Source: Octopus sinensis (lineage: Eukaryota). Taken from it: a stretch of DNA of 64,000 bases. This document shows positions 25,861 through 38,160 of this stretch, one piece after another. The position numbers were made by a program, and so were the translations under genes. The notes under the pieces were generated by a model. It saw only the letters and a list, made by a program, of their open reading frames with translations. It was not told the origin of the DNA and did not search any database. Positions within the stretch are counted from its first letter, which is position 1. Each line of letters starts with the position of its first letter. Location of the stretch: assembly GCF_006345805.1 (NCBI RefSeq), contig NC_043005.1, forward strand, positions 84,940,001 to 85,004,000, written 5' to 3'.

Positions 25861-26309
25861 ATAGCAAATTACAAAGTCAAACATTATAATTATTTGATTT
25901 CTCCAATCCTTTTGCTGGACATTTGTGGAGAGATTGTGGTGGAAGCTAAACAATAATAATTATGTTTGGTAAAAATCCAATGAATTTACAGTGAAACTTT
26001 TAAAGTATCGATTTTGTAAGAAAAACGAAGAATGTTCTAAGAATCAGGAACGAAACGGGAAAGAATGTTGTTTGTTAGATCAATGTCTTTATAACACCAA
26101 GAGAAATACAGCTGCTCTTGTAAATAGGTGGTTTAAATAATCAACTTAGAGGTAGAGAGTTCAAATCATACATCTGACACTGTGATTGTAATGTGTTAAG
26201 GGATAAAGTACTTTACTCTTTATGTACCGGTCATCATTCTATGCAATAGTAGGTTCCATTAGCATGTACCTATAGAGTGGTACTATAGAGTGGAACTATA
26301 AAGTGATAC

Positions 26310-26339
<30 letters not shown>

Positions 26340-26340
<1 letters not shown>

Positions 26341-26715
26341 TCAGAAATTTGACTGCAGCCATGCTGGAGCACCACTTTTAGTCGAACAAATCTATTCCAG
26401 GACTTATTCTTTGTGAACCTAGTACTTATCCTATCAATTTCTTTTACTGAACTGCTAAGTTACAGGGACATAGACTCACCAACCTCAGTTATCAAGTAAT
26501 AATGGGGGGACAAACACAGACACAAAGACACACACACATACACACACATAAATATGTATGACAGGCTTTTTTCAGTTGCCATCTACCAAATCCCCTCACA
26601 AGGCTTTGGTTGGCCCGATGCTATAGTAGAAGACACTTGCTCAAGGGGCCATTCAGCGGGACTGAACCCTGAACTCAGAGCCATGTGGTTCTTACCACAT
26701 AGCCATACCTGCTCC
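26340..26715 (-). mobile_element. CORE-like SINE family B
   Basis: Both halves present, reverse. Confidence 0.85.
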
Positions 26716-26805
26716 TATCCACACAACCATGCCTGCCCCTATATATATATATATATACATATATTATGTATATATATTATATATATATATATATTATATA
26801 TATAT

Positions 26806-26857
<52 letters not shown>

Positions 26858-26871
26858 ATATATATATATAT

Positions 26872-26916
<45 letters not shown>

Positions 26917-27290
26917 AGCAGTCAGGGCAATGTGATATGATAAAGGATAAATTCAGTTGTCACTAAGTGTGACTAAGGGCGACGAAGCACGTAGCAATGT
27001 GCTAGAAATAAGAGTTAAAATACTCTTAAGGCTCTAGGAGTTAAACAAAATATATACACACATGCTGACAGGGTAGGCAACCGTCCCCTGACCAACATGA
27101 GGATCCCCAGACTAGATCTAGTTTCACCTGTACTGTAGGTATCATCAGTGAGACCCCTCGAACAGTGCATGATTGGCTAATTCCCTCCACCAGCATATAT
27201 GTAGTTACTATAAAAATTTATGGATAGTTTAGCAAAATGCTAATGCATATACTAAAAATTAATATAAACACCCAGGCACAGTGTAATATA
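26917..27290 (-). mobile_element. Non-autonomous HHR-bearing element (Penelope/retrozyme-like)
   Basis: Contains a complete HHR; arm tgctagaaataagag[ct]taaaa shared with the 52800-53165 foldback. Confidence 0.55.
27099..27159 (-). ncRNA. Type I hammerhead ribozyme
   Basis: GAGGGGUCUCA-CUGAUGA-U-ACCU(ACAGUAC)AGGU-GAAA-CUAGAUCUAG-UC/UGGGGAUCCUC: full core, three helices, GUC triplet. Confidence 0.75.
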
Positions 27291-27297
27291 ATAAAAG

Positions 27298-27370
<73 letters not shown>

Positions 27371-27413
27371 GCATACATTTATTTATATACATATATATAT
27401 ATATATATGTGCA

Positions 27414-28110
27414 TGTCAGCTGCCCCTGGCACCTATGCTGGTGGCACGTAAAAAGCACCCACTACACTCATGGAGTGGTTGGCGTTAGGAAGGGCATCCA
27501 GCTGTAGAAACACTGCCGGATCAGACTGGAGCCTGGCTTCCCAGACCCCGGTTGAACTGTCCAACCCATGCTAGCATGGAGAACGGACGTTAAACGATGA
27601 TGATGATGATGATTCATATACATAAACATATTGCTGATGTGACCGATGACAGTACCACCTGATTGGCACTTGTGCCAGGGGAATGTTAAAACCACCATCC
27701 AAGCATGTTCATTGCCAGGGCTGCTGACTGGCTCTTGTGCTGGTGGCATGTAAAAAGCACCATTCAAGTGTGTCTTACTAGCACATGTAAAACATCTGAG
27801 CAAGGTCGGTGCCAGTGCCGCTGGACTGGCTCCTTTGCAGGTGGCACGTAAAAAATGCCTTCTGAATGTGGTCGTTGCCAGTACTGCCTGATTGGCCCTC
27901 GTGCTGGTGGCACATAAAAGCACCCACTACACTCTCGGAGTGGTTGATGTTAGAAAGGGAATCCAGCTGTAGAAACTTTGCCAGATCAGATTGGAACCTG
28001 GTGCAGCCTTCTGGCTTGCCAGTCCTCAGTTAAACTGTCCAACCCATGCCAGCATGGAAAGCAGACGTTAAAAAATAACAACAACGATGATATTGATGAT
28101 GATGATGATG
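27414..28110 (+). mobile_element. Two adjacent RTE 3'-tail copies
   Basis: Tails end at about 27612 and 28110 with (gat)n. Confidence 0.9.
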
Positions 28111-28552
28111 TGTGTATATGAATATATATCTATACATACACATATGCATATAAACAGTATTAAATTAGTTTTTAATGCCTTCTAAATTACAATATAGTTT
28201 TTCATTATTAGTTTCATCATTATTGCTAATTAATAACACTAAAATACTATTTTATTACTTGGATTAGTTCAAGAGTATTTGTTTAATAATCTAATTCTCT
28301 TGTAGCAATAACAACAGCAGCAACAACAATAATAATGATATAGAGATTATGCCATTTCATACAAATACCATTGCCAATTTTCCCAGTGGTCTTAACCATA
28401 AACTCACAATAATATTTGAGCAGCTACTTAATACTGTGGTTATATTTGAGAGTTAATCTCTTCTTGTTTCAGTCATTAGACTGCAGCCATGCTGGGGCAG
28501 CACTGATAAAGTTGATGTGTAATCTCCTATTTATCATTTATTCTTTTCTATT

Positions 28553-28757
28553 CCAGGCACAAGGCCCGAAATTTTTGGGGAAGGGGGCCAGTCGATTAGA
28601 TTGACCCCAGTACACAACTGCTACTTAATATATTGACCCCAAAAGGATGAAAGGCAAAGTCGACCTCAGCAGAATTTGAACTCAGAACGTAACGACAGAT
28701 AAAATACCACTAAGCATTTCGCCCGGTATGCTAACAATTCTGCCAGCTTGCCATCTT
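28553..28757 (-). mobile_element. SINE family C
   Basis: Body motif, reverse. Confidence 0.85.
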
Positions 28758-28860
28758 CCTATTTATCATTTATTAATTTGATATATTTCTTATGAAGTTC
28801 TTTCTGATTATTAAAAATATTATCACCACAGATAATGTGAGACGGAGATTTTGATAATAC

Positions 28861-29043
28861 AGTTCTATATTTAAGAGATGAGGAATTATGTACATTATTT
28901 ACATTATTTACATTTGATGGATATTTGTCCTCATCTTATTTGTTGTTAACATAATGTTTCGGCTGACATACCCTCCAGCCTTCATCAGGTGTCTTGGGGA
29001 AATTTCAAACCTGGGTTCTCATTTCTAAGGTATTTTTCGATGC

Positions 29044-29078
<35 letters not shown>

Positions 29079-29105
29079 TAACTGCCTGGAATCAAACTTG
29101 TGACC
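28861..29105 (-). mobile_element. tRNA-headed SINE with minimal HHR (family P1), 5'-truncated
   Basis: B-box remnant aagtttgattccaggca, (aat)n, gaaaaatacc..CTGATGAaggctg..cagccGAAAC. Confidence 0.7.
28948..28995 (-). ncRNA. Minimal hammerhead motif (decayed helix I/III)
   Basis: GACAC-CUGAUGA-A-GGCUG(10 nt)CAGCC-GAAAC-AUU-AUGUU. Confidence 0.5.
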
Positions 29106-29221
29106 TGCATAATAATAATAATAATAATAATATTAATAATAATAATAATAACAACAACAACAACAACAACATTCGGCAAGAAATGGAAACAGAAATGAAA
29201 GAAGGTGATAATGAAAATGAT

Positions 29222-29265
<44 letters not shown>

Positions 29266-29496
29266 TAATAATAATAATAATAAGAAGAAGAAGAATAGTT
29301 TTTGATTTAGGTGCAAGGCCTAGAAATTTTTAGGGAAAGGAGAGTAATCAATAACATCGTCTCCACTAGTCTGGTACTGTATTTGAACGATCTCGGAGAG
29401 ATGAAAACAAAATTGGCTTCAGGGAGATTTGAACTCTGAATGAAGTTTGCAATTAATAGTTGGTAGAAATAATAAAACCACGTTTTGTTTCTGCAG

Positions 29497-29550
29497 TTTA
29501 TCTATGGCTTCAAATAATGAGCCCAAACTGCATGCGGACTCAATTCCCAG
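29497..29550 (+). CDS. Candidate exon (MASNNEPKLHADSIP or YLWLQIMSPNCMRTQFP)
   Basis: Strong acceptor ttttgtttctgcag| and donor CAG|gtaggg. Confidence 0.3.
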
Positions 29551-29957
29551 GTAGGGATATTTCTCACCAATGCACAACCTTCAAAATCATAAAAGCTGTT
29601 AAGGCTGTTTATTGAAATTGCTTTCAAATGGCGATGTTTTGACATCATAATGACATTTAAACTGTGATTGTTGATATCAGTTTTGGTATTCTCATTACAA
29701 GTGGGGCTCATTTACTGAGATTAATCAATTAATCACATTTCGTAATGAGAATAGTGATTTGTCAGAATTAGTAATGTACCAAATTCTACAAGTCTAAAAT
29801 AGAGGAACCATTGGGAATTGATCTCGTGCCTTCTAATTAAGATGATGATATATCAACCAGTACCCTATTAACATTGACCCCACCAAATGCTGGTATCACA
29901 TTGTCACTGAATTAAGCATCATTTAGTAATGTGATTAATATATGCATATATATAGGC

Positions 29958-30117
29958 GCAGGAGTGGCTGTGTGGTAAATAGCTTGCTTACCAACCACAT
30001 GGTTCTGGGTACAGTCCCACTGCATGGCACGTTGGGCAAGTGTCTTCTACTACAGTCTGAGGCTGACCAAAGCCTTATGAGTGAATTTGGTAGACGGAAA
30101 CTGAAAGAAGCCTGTCG

Positions 30118-30152
<35 letters not shown>

Positions 30153-30420
30153 ATCTATATATATATATATATAAAGTATATATATACATACAACACACAC
30201 ACACATATATATGTATATGTTTGTGTGTTTATGCTTGCCCCTCCACCATATCTTGACAACTGATATTGGTGTGTTAATGAACACATAACTTAGCGGTTTG
30301 GCAAAAGCTATCAATAGAATAAGTACTAGGCTTACAAAGAATAAGTCCTGGGGGCGATTTGTTCAACTAAAGGTGGTGCCCCAGCATGGCCGCAGTCAAA
30401 TGAGTGAAACAAATTTAAAA
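29958..30420 (+). mobile_element. CORE-like SINE family B, full length
   Basis: ggagtggctgtgtgg..ggcaagtgtctt..gagtgaaac. Confidence 0.9.
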
Positions 30421-30424
30421 AAAA

Positions 30425-30463
<39 letters not shown>

Positions 30464-30477
30464 GAGGCATATCAGTG

Positions 30478-30812
30478 CAGGTGTGGCTGTGTGGTAAGAA
30501 GTATGCTTTTCTCCTACATGGTTCTGGGTTCAGTCTCACAGCATGGCACCTTGGGTAAGGTGTGTATAGGTGTGTGTAGGTATGTGTAGGTGTGTGTGTG
30601 TGTGTCTGTGCCTATGCTTGTCTTCCCCACCACCACTTGACAACCAGTATTGGTGTGTTTATGTCCTTGTAATCTCGCAGTTCAGCAAACTAAAATGGAT
30701 AGAGTAACTACCAGCCTTATAAGAAAAGTAGTGTGCTTAATTCCTTTGACTAAATTTTTTCAAAGCAGTGCCCCAGCATGGCCACAGTCTGACGATTGAA
30801 ACAAGTTAAAAG
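30478..30812 (+). mobile_element. CORE-like SINE family B, diverged
   Basis: Head and 3' half present. Confidence 0.7.
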
Positions 30813-30890
30813 TGACCGAATAAATGAATACATGTGGCAGGAGAAAACAGAGAGGTCGATATATATGTATATATATTATATATACATATA

Positions 30891-31018
<128 letters not shown>

Positions 31019-31047
31019 TACAGATAGATAGATAGATAGATAGATAG

Positions 31048-31500
31048 ATCATCATCATCATTATCATTTAATGTCCAATTTTCCATGCTGGCATGGGTTG
31101 AGGACTGGTAAGCCAGGAGGCTACACCAAGCTCAATCTGATCTGGCAATGTTTCTACAGCTGGATGCCCTTCCTAACACGGGAGCCAGTCAGGTAGACCT
31201 GGTATCGATCTTTTTCAGATAGTGCTTTTTACGTGCCACCAACATGGGAGCCAGTCAGTGGGTACTGGCATTGCCCACATTTGAATGGTGCTTTTTATGT
31301 GCCACCAGCACAGGAGCCAGTTATGGGGCATTGGTAACAGCTATGATTTTGGTTTTACTTGAATCAACAGATCTTTTCAAGCATATCATATCCCCCAGTG
31401 CTTCAAGAGTATTCTTAAACTGGCCGAACATGCAACACTGGCATTGGCCATGACGGGTCTTCTCAATCACAGTATATCTCTAAAGGTCTCAGTTGCTCGT
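31048..31500 (-). mobile_element. RTE 3'-tail copy
   Basis: Tail motif, reverse. Confidence 0.8.
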
Positions 31501-31675
31501 CCAGTTAAACACAGAGCATTTCATCAGAAATATGGTAGCAAAAGGGTTAAAGTCACCATGATATTTTGAACCCTTTCGATACCAACCCAGTTGAATCTGC
31601 CTATGGCTCTGTAGAACAAATGTCTTGTTTTTGGAAGTTCTGAATTAAAATTTTCCACCAAACCTTAGTCACACT
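31500..31675 (+). mobile_element. piggyBac-like MITE dimer junction fragment
   Basis: aaagggttaaagtcaccatgatattttgaaccctttcgatacc. Confidence 0.7.
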
Positions 31676-32549
31676 ATAAATACCAGCGGTCTGTAAACGG
31701 GGATCTTAGTCCACACACAGTATCTAGGTATGATATATATATATATATATACATATATACATATACGTACATGTGCATACATGCACACACACACACACAC
31801 ACACACACATGTACATAAGGGGATGCAGAAAAGTTCTAGGCTTCAGTTAAAATACAGGAAGATCAGTTAATTGTGATAATATTCAAAGTATTCCCCTTTC
31901 AGAATCACACCACAATTACTGCAGTCTTTCAGTTTTTCTAAGCCTTGCATATATATAAACACATGCGCTCACACAAACACAAACACAGACACACACACAA
32001 ATACACACACACACAAACACATGTATATGTATTTACAAGTGTGTGTCTTTTTGTCTGTGTTTGTTCCCACCATCATTGCTTGACAACTGACGTTGGTGTG
32101 TTTATGTCCCCGTAACTTAGTAGTTCAACAAAAGAGACCAATAGAATAAGTACTAGGCTTACAAAGAATAAGTCCTACGATCAATTTGTTCAACTAAAAC
32201 CTTTTAAAGTGGTGCTCCAGCATGACCACAGTCAAATGACTGAAATGTGTAAAAGAATATAAGAATATATACACACACACTGTGGTTGACTGGCCAGTTT
32301 ATCCGATGGCAAGTGGGACCCTGTGCCATTAGAATCCGTATATGGGGTCTCATGTTAGTATCTAAGGGGCCCATTCCCTCAAGTTTGAGAACTTTTTATT
32401 CACCTCTGGAAGAATGCATTAATTATTTCAGCCAGGCTGTTCCGTTGATTGGGTCAACTGGAACTTTTGTTGTAACTGATGCAGTGTCACTATAATTATA
32501 CACACACACACACACCACACACACACACACACACACACGCACACATGTG

Positions 32550-32915
32550 TGTGGAGGCACAATGGCCCAGTGATTAGGGCAGCAGACTCACAGTTTCGAT
32601 TCCCAGACCAGGCATTGTGTGTGTTTTTTGAGCAAAAACACCTAAAGTTCCACAAGGCTCTGGCAAGGGTTGATGGTGAACGCTGCTATATTCTTTCACC
32701 ACAGCTTTCTCTCACTCTTTCTTCCTGTTTCTCTTGTACCTGTATTTCAAAGGGGCCAGCCTTGTCACACTTTGTGTCACACTGAATCTCCCCGAGAACT
32801 ACGTTAAGGGGTACACATGTCTGTGGAATGCTCAGTCACATACACGTTAATTTCCCGATCTAGCTGTTCTGTTGATCAGATCAACTGGGTCCCTCATCGT
32901 CGTAACCAACAGAGT
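32550..32915 (+). mobile_element. tRNA-derived SINE family D
   Basis: gtggaggcacaatggcccagtgattagggcagcagactc..gtttcgattcccagacc head. Confidence 0.85.
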
Positions 32916-33164
32916 GTCACAATTAGTGGTAGCAGTCGTAGTAGTGGTAGAGAAAGGTTGAGTGTTGCACAGTTGGTAGGAATGTGTAAACAGTCGAGCA
33001 TCGTAGTCTGGAAGTTTGTTGAGAAAGCAGCCGTTTGTTGGTGTCGATGGAAGCTGAAGGCAGCAAATGCTAAAAGAGTGTAATGCCTTTAAACAATAAA
33101 TTAGTTTCTTTGGTTGTAATTCTTTCTTCTCTGTGAAATCTAATTTCCTTTGTTGTCCAAACAG

Positions 33165-33240
33165 GTTCGTTACACAAGGAAATCTCAACTGAAACACAAA
33201 CGACAGCCAATCACATGTCTCGCAGTCGCCAAACTTCAAA
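33165..33240 (+). CDS. Candidate exon (GSLHKEISTETQTTANHMSRSRQTS)
   Basis: Long polypyrimidine acceptor ttcctttgttgtccaaacag|; donor AAA|gttatt (moderate); two frames open. Confidence 0.2.
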
Positions 33241-33487
33241 GTTATTTCTTCTTTTTGCTTTATAATCTTTGTTTTTTCTTTCTTTTTACGGACAAATTAC
33301 AATAATCTATTGCAGAGTACGATAAAGTACATCAGATGGACTTTTGAAATCAAATTTCTTTGTACTTCAAAAGCTTTTGACATTGGTGATTGTGTTGGTG
33401 GTAGTGGTGGCGGCGTGCCAGCAAGATGGTGATGCTGATAAATGTGGTGGCTGGATGGTGGGGGACCGCGATAGTATTGATAATTCA

Positions 33488-33910
33488 AGGTGGCGAGCTG
33501 GCAGAAACGTTAGCACACCGGGTGAAATGCATAGCCGTATTTCGTCTGCTGTTACATCCTGAGTTCAAATTCTGTCGAGGTCGACTTTGCCTTTCATCCT
33601 TTCGCGGTTGATAAATTAAGTACCAGTTATGCACTGGGGTCGATATAATCGACTTAATCCCTTTGTCTGTCCTTGTTTGTCCCCTCTGTGTTTAGCCCCT
33701 TGTGGGTAGTAAAGAAATAGGTATTTTGTCTGCAGTTACATTCTGAGTTCAAATTCCACTGAGGTCGACCTTGCCTTTCATCCTTTTGGGGTCGATTAAA
33801 GAAGTACCAGTTACGCACTGGGGTCGATATAATCGACTTAATCCCTTTGTTTGTCCTTGTTTGTCCCCTCTGTGTTTAGACCCTGGTGGGTAGTAAAAAA
33901 AAAAAGGTAT
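33488..33910 (+). mobile_element. SINE family C with tandemly duplicated body
   Basis: head-body-tail-body-tail, junction gaaataggtatttt. Confidence 0.9.
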
Positions 33911-34137
33911 TGATAATTGTGGCAATCAGATGATAATGGTGCTGGTGATGATGCTGACCATAAGGATAGTATGAGTGGTTTCTATGACAGAAGTGCTTGT
34001 CTTATTTTTAGGGGTGGTGGTCATATAAATGGTGATAAAAGTTGAGGAAATACTGCTGTTGTGGCCCAAAAGTCACAAAGTGTTAATAGTTAATTTCTCT
34101 TTTAACTTTATGATTCTTTAGCACGATTTATACTGTT

Positions 34138-34350
34138 CTTTTACTCTTTTACTTGTTTCAGTCATTTGACAGTGGCCATACTGGAGCACCACCTTTATTC
34201 GAACAAATCAACCCCAGGACTTATTCTTTGTAAGCCTAGGACTTATTCTATCAGTCTCTTTAGCTGAACCACTAAATAACAGGGACGTAAACAGACCAGC
34301 ATTGGTTGTCAATCGATGGTGGGGGGGGGGACAAACACAGTCACAAACAA
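34138..34350 (-). mobile_element. CORE-like SINE family B, 3' half
   Basis: Motif match, reverse. Confidence 0.85.
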
Positions 34351-34444
34351 ACACGTACACACACACACACACACACACACATGTTTATGTGTCTGTTTCA
34401 CAAGATTCATTCTTGGCAAAAGATGGCTGACTTCAAATGTAACA

Positions 34445-34541
<97 letters not shown>

Positions 34542-34599
34542 AGAGAGTGAGATACACACACTCATGCACAAATATATATATATATATATACACACACAC

Positions 34600-34810
34600 A
34601 ATTTCAGGTGTTGAAACAAGGTCTGAAATCAAAGGGTCTTTGGGTTAATTCAGCAAAAACAAAAGTCCTAGTAAGTAGGAAAACAAACAAATCACAAATC
34701 CCTTCTGGGAGATGGTCCTGCTTGGTATGTAAGCAGGGTGTTGGTAGAAACTCCATAGGTTGAACCCAGTGCAAGCTTTGGACACATTAGAAGTGCAGCA
34801 GTTATCAAAG
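34600..34810 (+). pseudogene. Decayed RTE RT fragment
   Basis: AKTKVLVSRKTNKSQIPSGRWSCLVCKQGVGRNSIG*TQCKLWTH*KCS. Confidence 0.85.
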
Positions 34811-35163
34811 TTTCCATCTACCAAATTCACTCTCAAGGCTTTCGTTGCTCCTCGATTCTAGTAGAAGACAATTGCTCAAGGTGTCACACAGTGGGAGCGA
34901 ACTCAGAACCATATGGTTGGGAAGCAAGCTTCTTACCATTACAGCCATGCTGGTGCCTATATAATAACATTGCCAAAACAACATTGCAAAAGATTTGGCG
35001 AACGATTAGGCAAGCTTTTGTTGATAATTAAGAAAATAGAAAATTCTGGAATGTTTGTTTTTCTTTTGTTTTCAGTTGCTGATCTTTGGTAATTCTCAAA
35101 TGAAACTCCCAGTGGAATACTGTTGACTTATCAGTAACATTCATGTGTCTAAATACACACACA

Positions 35164-35207
<44 letters not shown>

Positions 35208-35719
35208 ACACACACACACACACATACACACACACAGAATCTGGTCGGCTTCTAAATGAAATACATTGAGCCGATTGGCAAAAAAATAAAATTACTCCCC
35301 AACACACTACAGCAGTGCTCCAGCATGGCCGCAGTTAAATGACTGAAACAAATAAAAGAATATGTATGTATGTATATATGTATATGCATATTTATATATG
35401 GACCTACACAAAATGCACCCAGCACGAAGGGCAATGAGAATTCCATCACCACAACTTTCATCCCTCCACATCTTTATTTTCCTCCATGCTGAGCCTTGAA
35501 GGATTTAGTCAAGCAAATCAACCCCAGGACTTCTTTTATCAAAGTCTGGTACCTATTCTATTGAACTCCTTTGCCAAACTGCTAAGTTACAGAGATATAA
35601 ACAAAACAAACCAGTTGTCAAGCTGTTGGGATGACTATCTTTCATATATATTCCTTTATTTGAAAGAGGTTAATATTGTAATGTTTAAATAGAAACATTA
35701 TTTACATTACATTATTTAC

Positions 35720-36022
35720 ATGCTATGGCACATAAAAGGGCACCATTCGAGCATGATCGTCACTAATGTCACCTTACTGGCACCTGTGCTGGTGGCATGT
35801 GTAAAAAGTTTTGAGCGAGGTCATTGCCAGTACCGCATGACTGGTCCTGTGCCGGTGGCACGTAAAAAGCACCCACTACACTCTCGGAGTGGTTGGCGTT
35901 AGGAAGGGCATCAAGCTGTAGAAACTCTGCCAGATCAAGATTGGAGCCTGGTGCAGCAATCTGGTTCGTCAGCCCTCAGTGAAAATCGTCCAACCCATGT
36001 TAGCATGGAAAGCAGACGTTAA

Positions 36023-36052
<30 letters not shown>
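35720..36052 (+). mobile_element. RTE 3'-tail copy
   Basis: Tail motif + (gat)n. Confidence 0.9.
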
Positions 36053-36054
<2 letters not shown>

Positions 36055-36399
36055 TTGTCCCTCTTTGATACACAAAAGCCAAATGAGTTTGATGTTCCTG
36101 GTCTACAATGCTTAACAAAGGGTAAAACACTTTAAATGATGTAGTTGTGCATTTCAGTTGAAAGACAGGATAGTCACGTTTGGATCATGTGTCTGATTGA
36201 TTAAGTTCTTGGACAACATTCAAGAGGAATGGAAAGACCTGAATTATTCTGAGAAAACCATGATGACAACAGATCAAAGATAGGGAAAACAACGATGTGG
36301 TTGGCATTGGTGGTATTGTTGGTATGGTGGTAATGAAGAGGAGGACAAGAACAAAGATGGTGGCAGCAACAATGATGAGGACTATTCCTTTAGGCAAAG

Positions 36400-36920
36400 G
36401 AATGGCTGTAAAGTTAAGAAGCTCATTTTGCAACCATGTGGTTTCAGGTTCAGTCCCACATTGCAGCAGTAACTTCAGAAAGTGCCTTCCTTCACTCATA
36501 GCCCCAGGCTCACCAATACCTTGTGAGTGAATTTGGTAAATGGAAACTTTGTGGAAGCCTGAGCAGGAGTGGCTCTGTGGTAAGAAGCTTACTTCCAAAC
36601 CACATGGTTCTGGGTTCAGCTCCACTGCACGGCACCTTGGGCAAGTGTCTTCTACTATAGCCTCGGGCCGACCAAAGCCTTGTGAGTGGATTTGGTAGAT
36701 GGAAACTGAAAGAAGCCTGTCCTATATATATGTTTGTGTCCATGTTTGTCCCCCCCCCACCACCACCATCGCTTGACAACCAATAACTTAACAGTTTGGC
36801 AAAAGAGTCCGATAGAATAAGCACTAGGCTTGCAAAGAATAAGTCCTGGGATCGATTTGTTCAACTAACGGCAGTGCTCCAGCATGGCCGCAGTTAAATG
36901 GCTGAAACAAATAAAAGAAT
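36400..36920 (+). mobile_element. CORE-like SINE family B (partial copy followed by a full copy)
   Basis: Two heads at about 36400 and 36565. Confidence 0.85.
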
Positions 36921-37404
36921 ATGTATGTATGTATGTATGTATGTATATGCATACATATATATGCATGTGTGACCTTGTGCTTGTTCTCACCGCCACTTGG
37001 TGACCAGGGTAGGTTTGTTTATGTCCCAGTGACTTACTGGTTTAGCAAAACAACAGAGTAAGTGCCAGACTTTAAAGATGTAGTGAAACATAAGAGCTGG
37101 GGTCAATTTGTTAGACTAAAACCCTTCAGAGTGGTGTCCCAGTATGGCTGCTGTCCAATGACTGAAACAAGTAATAGATAAAAGACAGAAAACGACAAAG
37201 GTTTCCAAAACACTCAACATCGTCCCCAACTACCCTCCCACCTCCCATCTATATAAGTGCATTCATTGTATTTTAGAATTGGAAGTCATAGAGCCAGTTG
37301 GAAACGATATTTCCTGGGGCTAAAACAATAGTAACAATCTTCCCTTCCAGGACAGCCACATTATGTTGGCAAATTTTTTTATTTATTTATGCACCCTTTT
37401 CAAG

Positions 37405-37850
37405 TAAGGCGATGTTGGTAATGATCATGCTCGAATGGTGCCCTTTTACATGCCACTGGCATGGAAGCCTGTTGGCTGCTCTGGCAATGATCACGCTCGG
37501 ATGGTGCTCTTGGCACCCTACTAGCACAGGCATAAGTGCTGGTAAGGCGATACTGGTAACGATCATACTTGAATAGCTGCTCTGTCAACAATCACACTCG
37601 TATGGTACTCTTTGCACCCCACTAGCATGAATGCCAGTCATCGAATTGATTTTGCCTCAACAGGTCTTCACAAGCAGAGTTTAGTGACCAAAGAAGGAAA
37701 AGGTATGCATAAGCGGGCTGGTTATGCTCCAAGCATAGGCCACGGGTTATGGTCTCATCTTGCTTGCCGGGTCTTCTCAAACACAGCATATTTCCAAGTC
37801 ATTTCCTTGGTGAGGCCTAATGTTTGAAGGTCATGCTTCACCACTTCATC
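37405..37850 (-). mobile_element. RTE 3'-UTR fragment
   Basis: Degenerate ~60-bp subrepeats (tcgaatggtgc..gccac..). Confidence 0.65.
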
Positions 37851-37994
37851 TCAGTTTCTGCTAATGTTGACTATGCCTTTTATCCCTTTGGGGTCAATAA
37901 AATAAATACCAACTGCACACTGGGGCCGATGTAATTGACTTAGCGCCTTCCACGAAATTGCTGGCCTTGTGCCAAGACTTGAAACCAGTATCTG

Positions 37995-38160
37995 AGCTAG
38001 CGCTGAAGAATTCCTGGCTTTGTGTAAAAGAAAATACAGGAGGATCAGTTAATTATGATTTAATACAACGTATTCCCTTCTCAGATTCCACATTTATTGC
38101 AGGGGTCCTTCAGTTTTTTGAAATCCTGTATAAGAACTTTTCAGCGCTCCCTCGTACATT
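37995..38160. mobile_element. Mariner-type MITE
   Basis: gcgctgaagaattcc..gaacttttcagcgctccctcg|ta; related copy at about 31818-31950. Confidence 0.6.

Noticed and set aside
32286-32495. 69-aa ORF with an apparent acceptor
   Set aside because: Its 3' part is a degenerate copy of the SINE D tail (caggctgttccgttgat..caactggaac)
34660-34725. Apparent exon with TTG|gtatgt donor
   Set aside because: It is an RTE RT fragment
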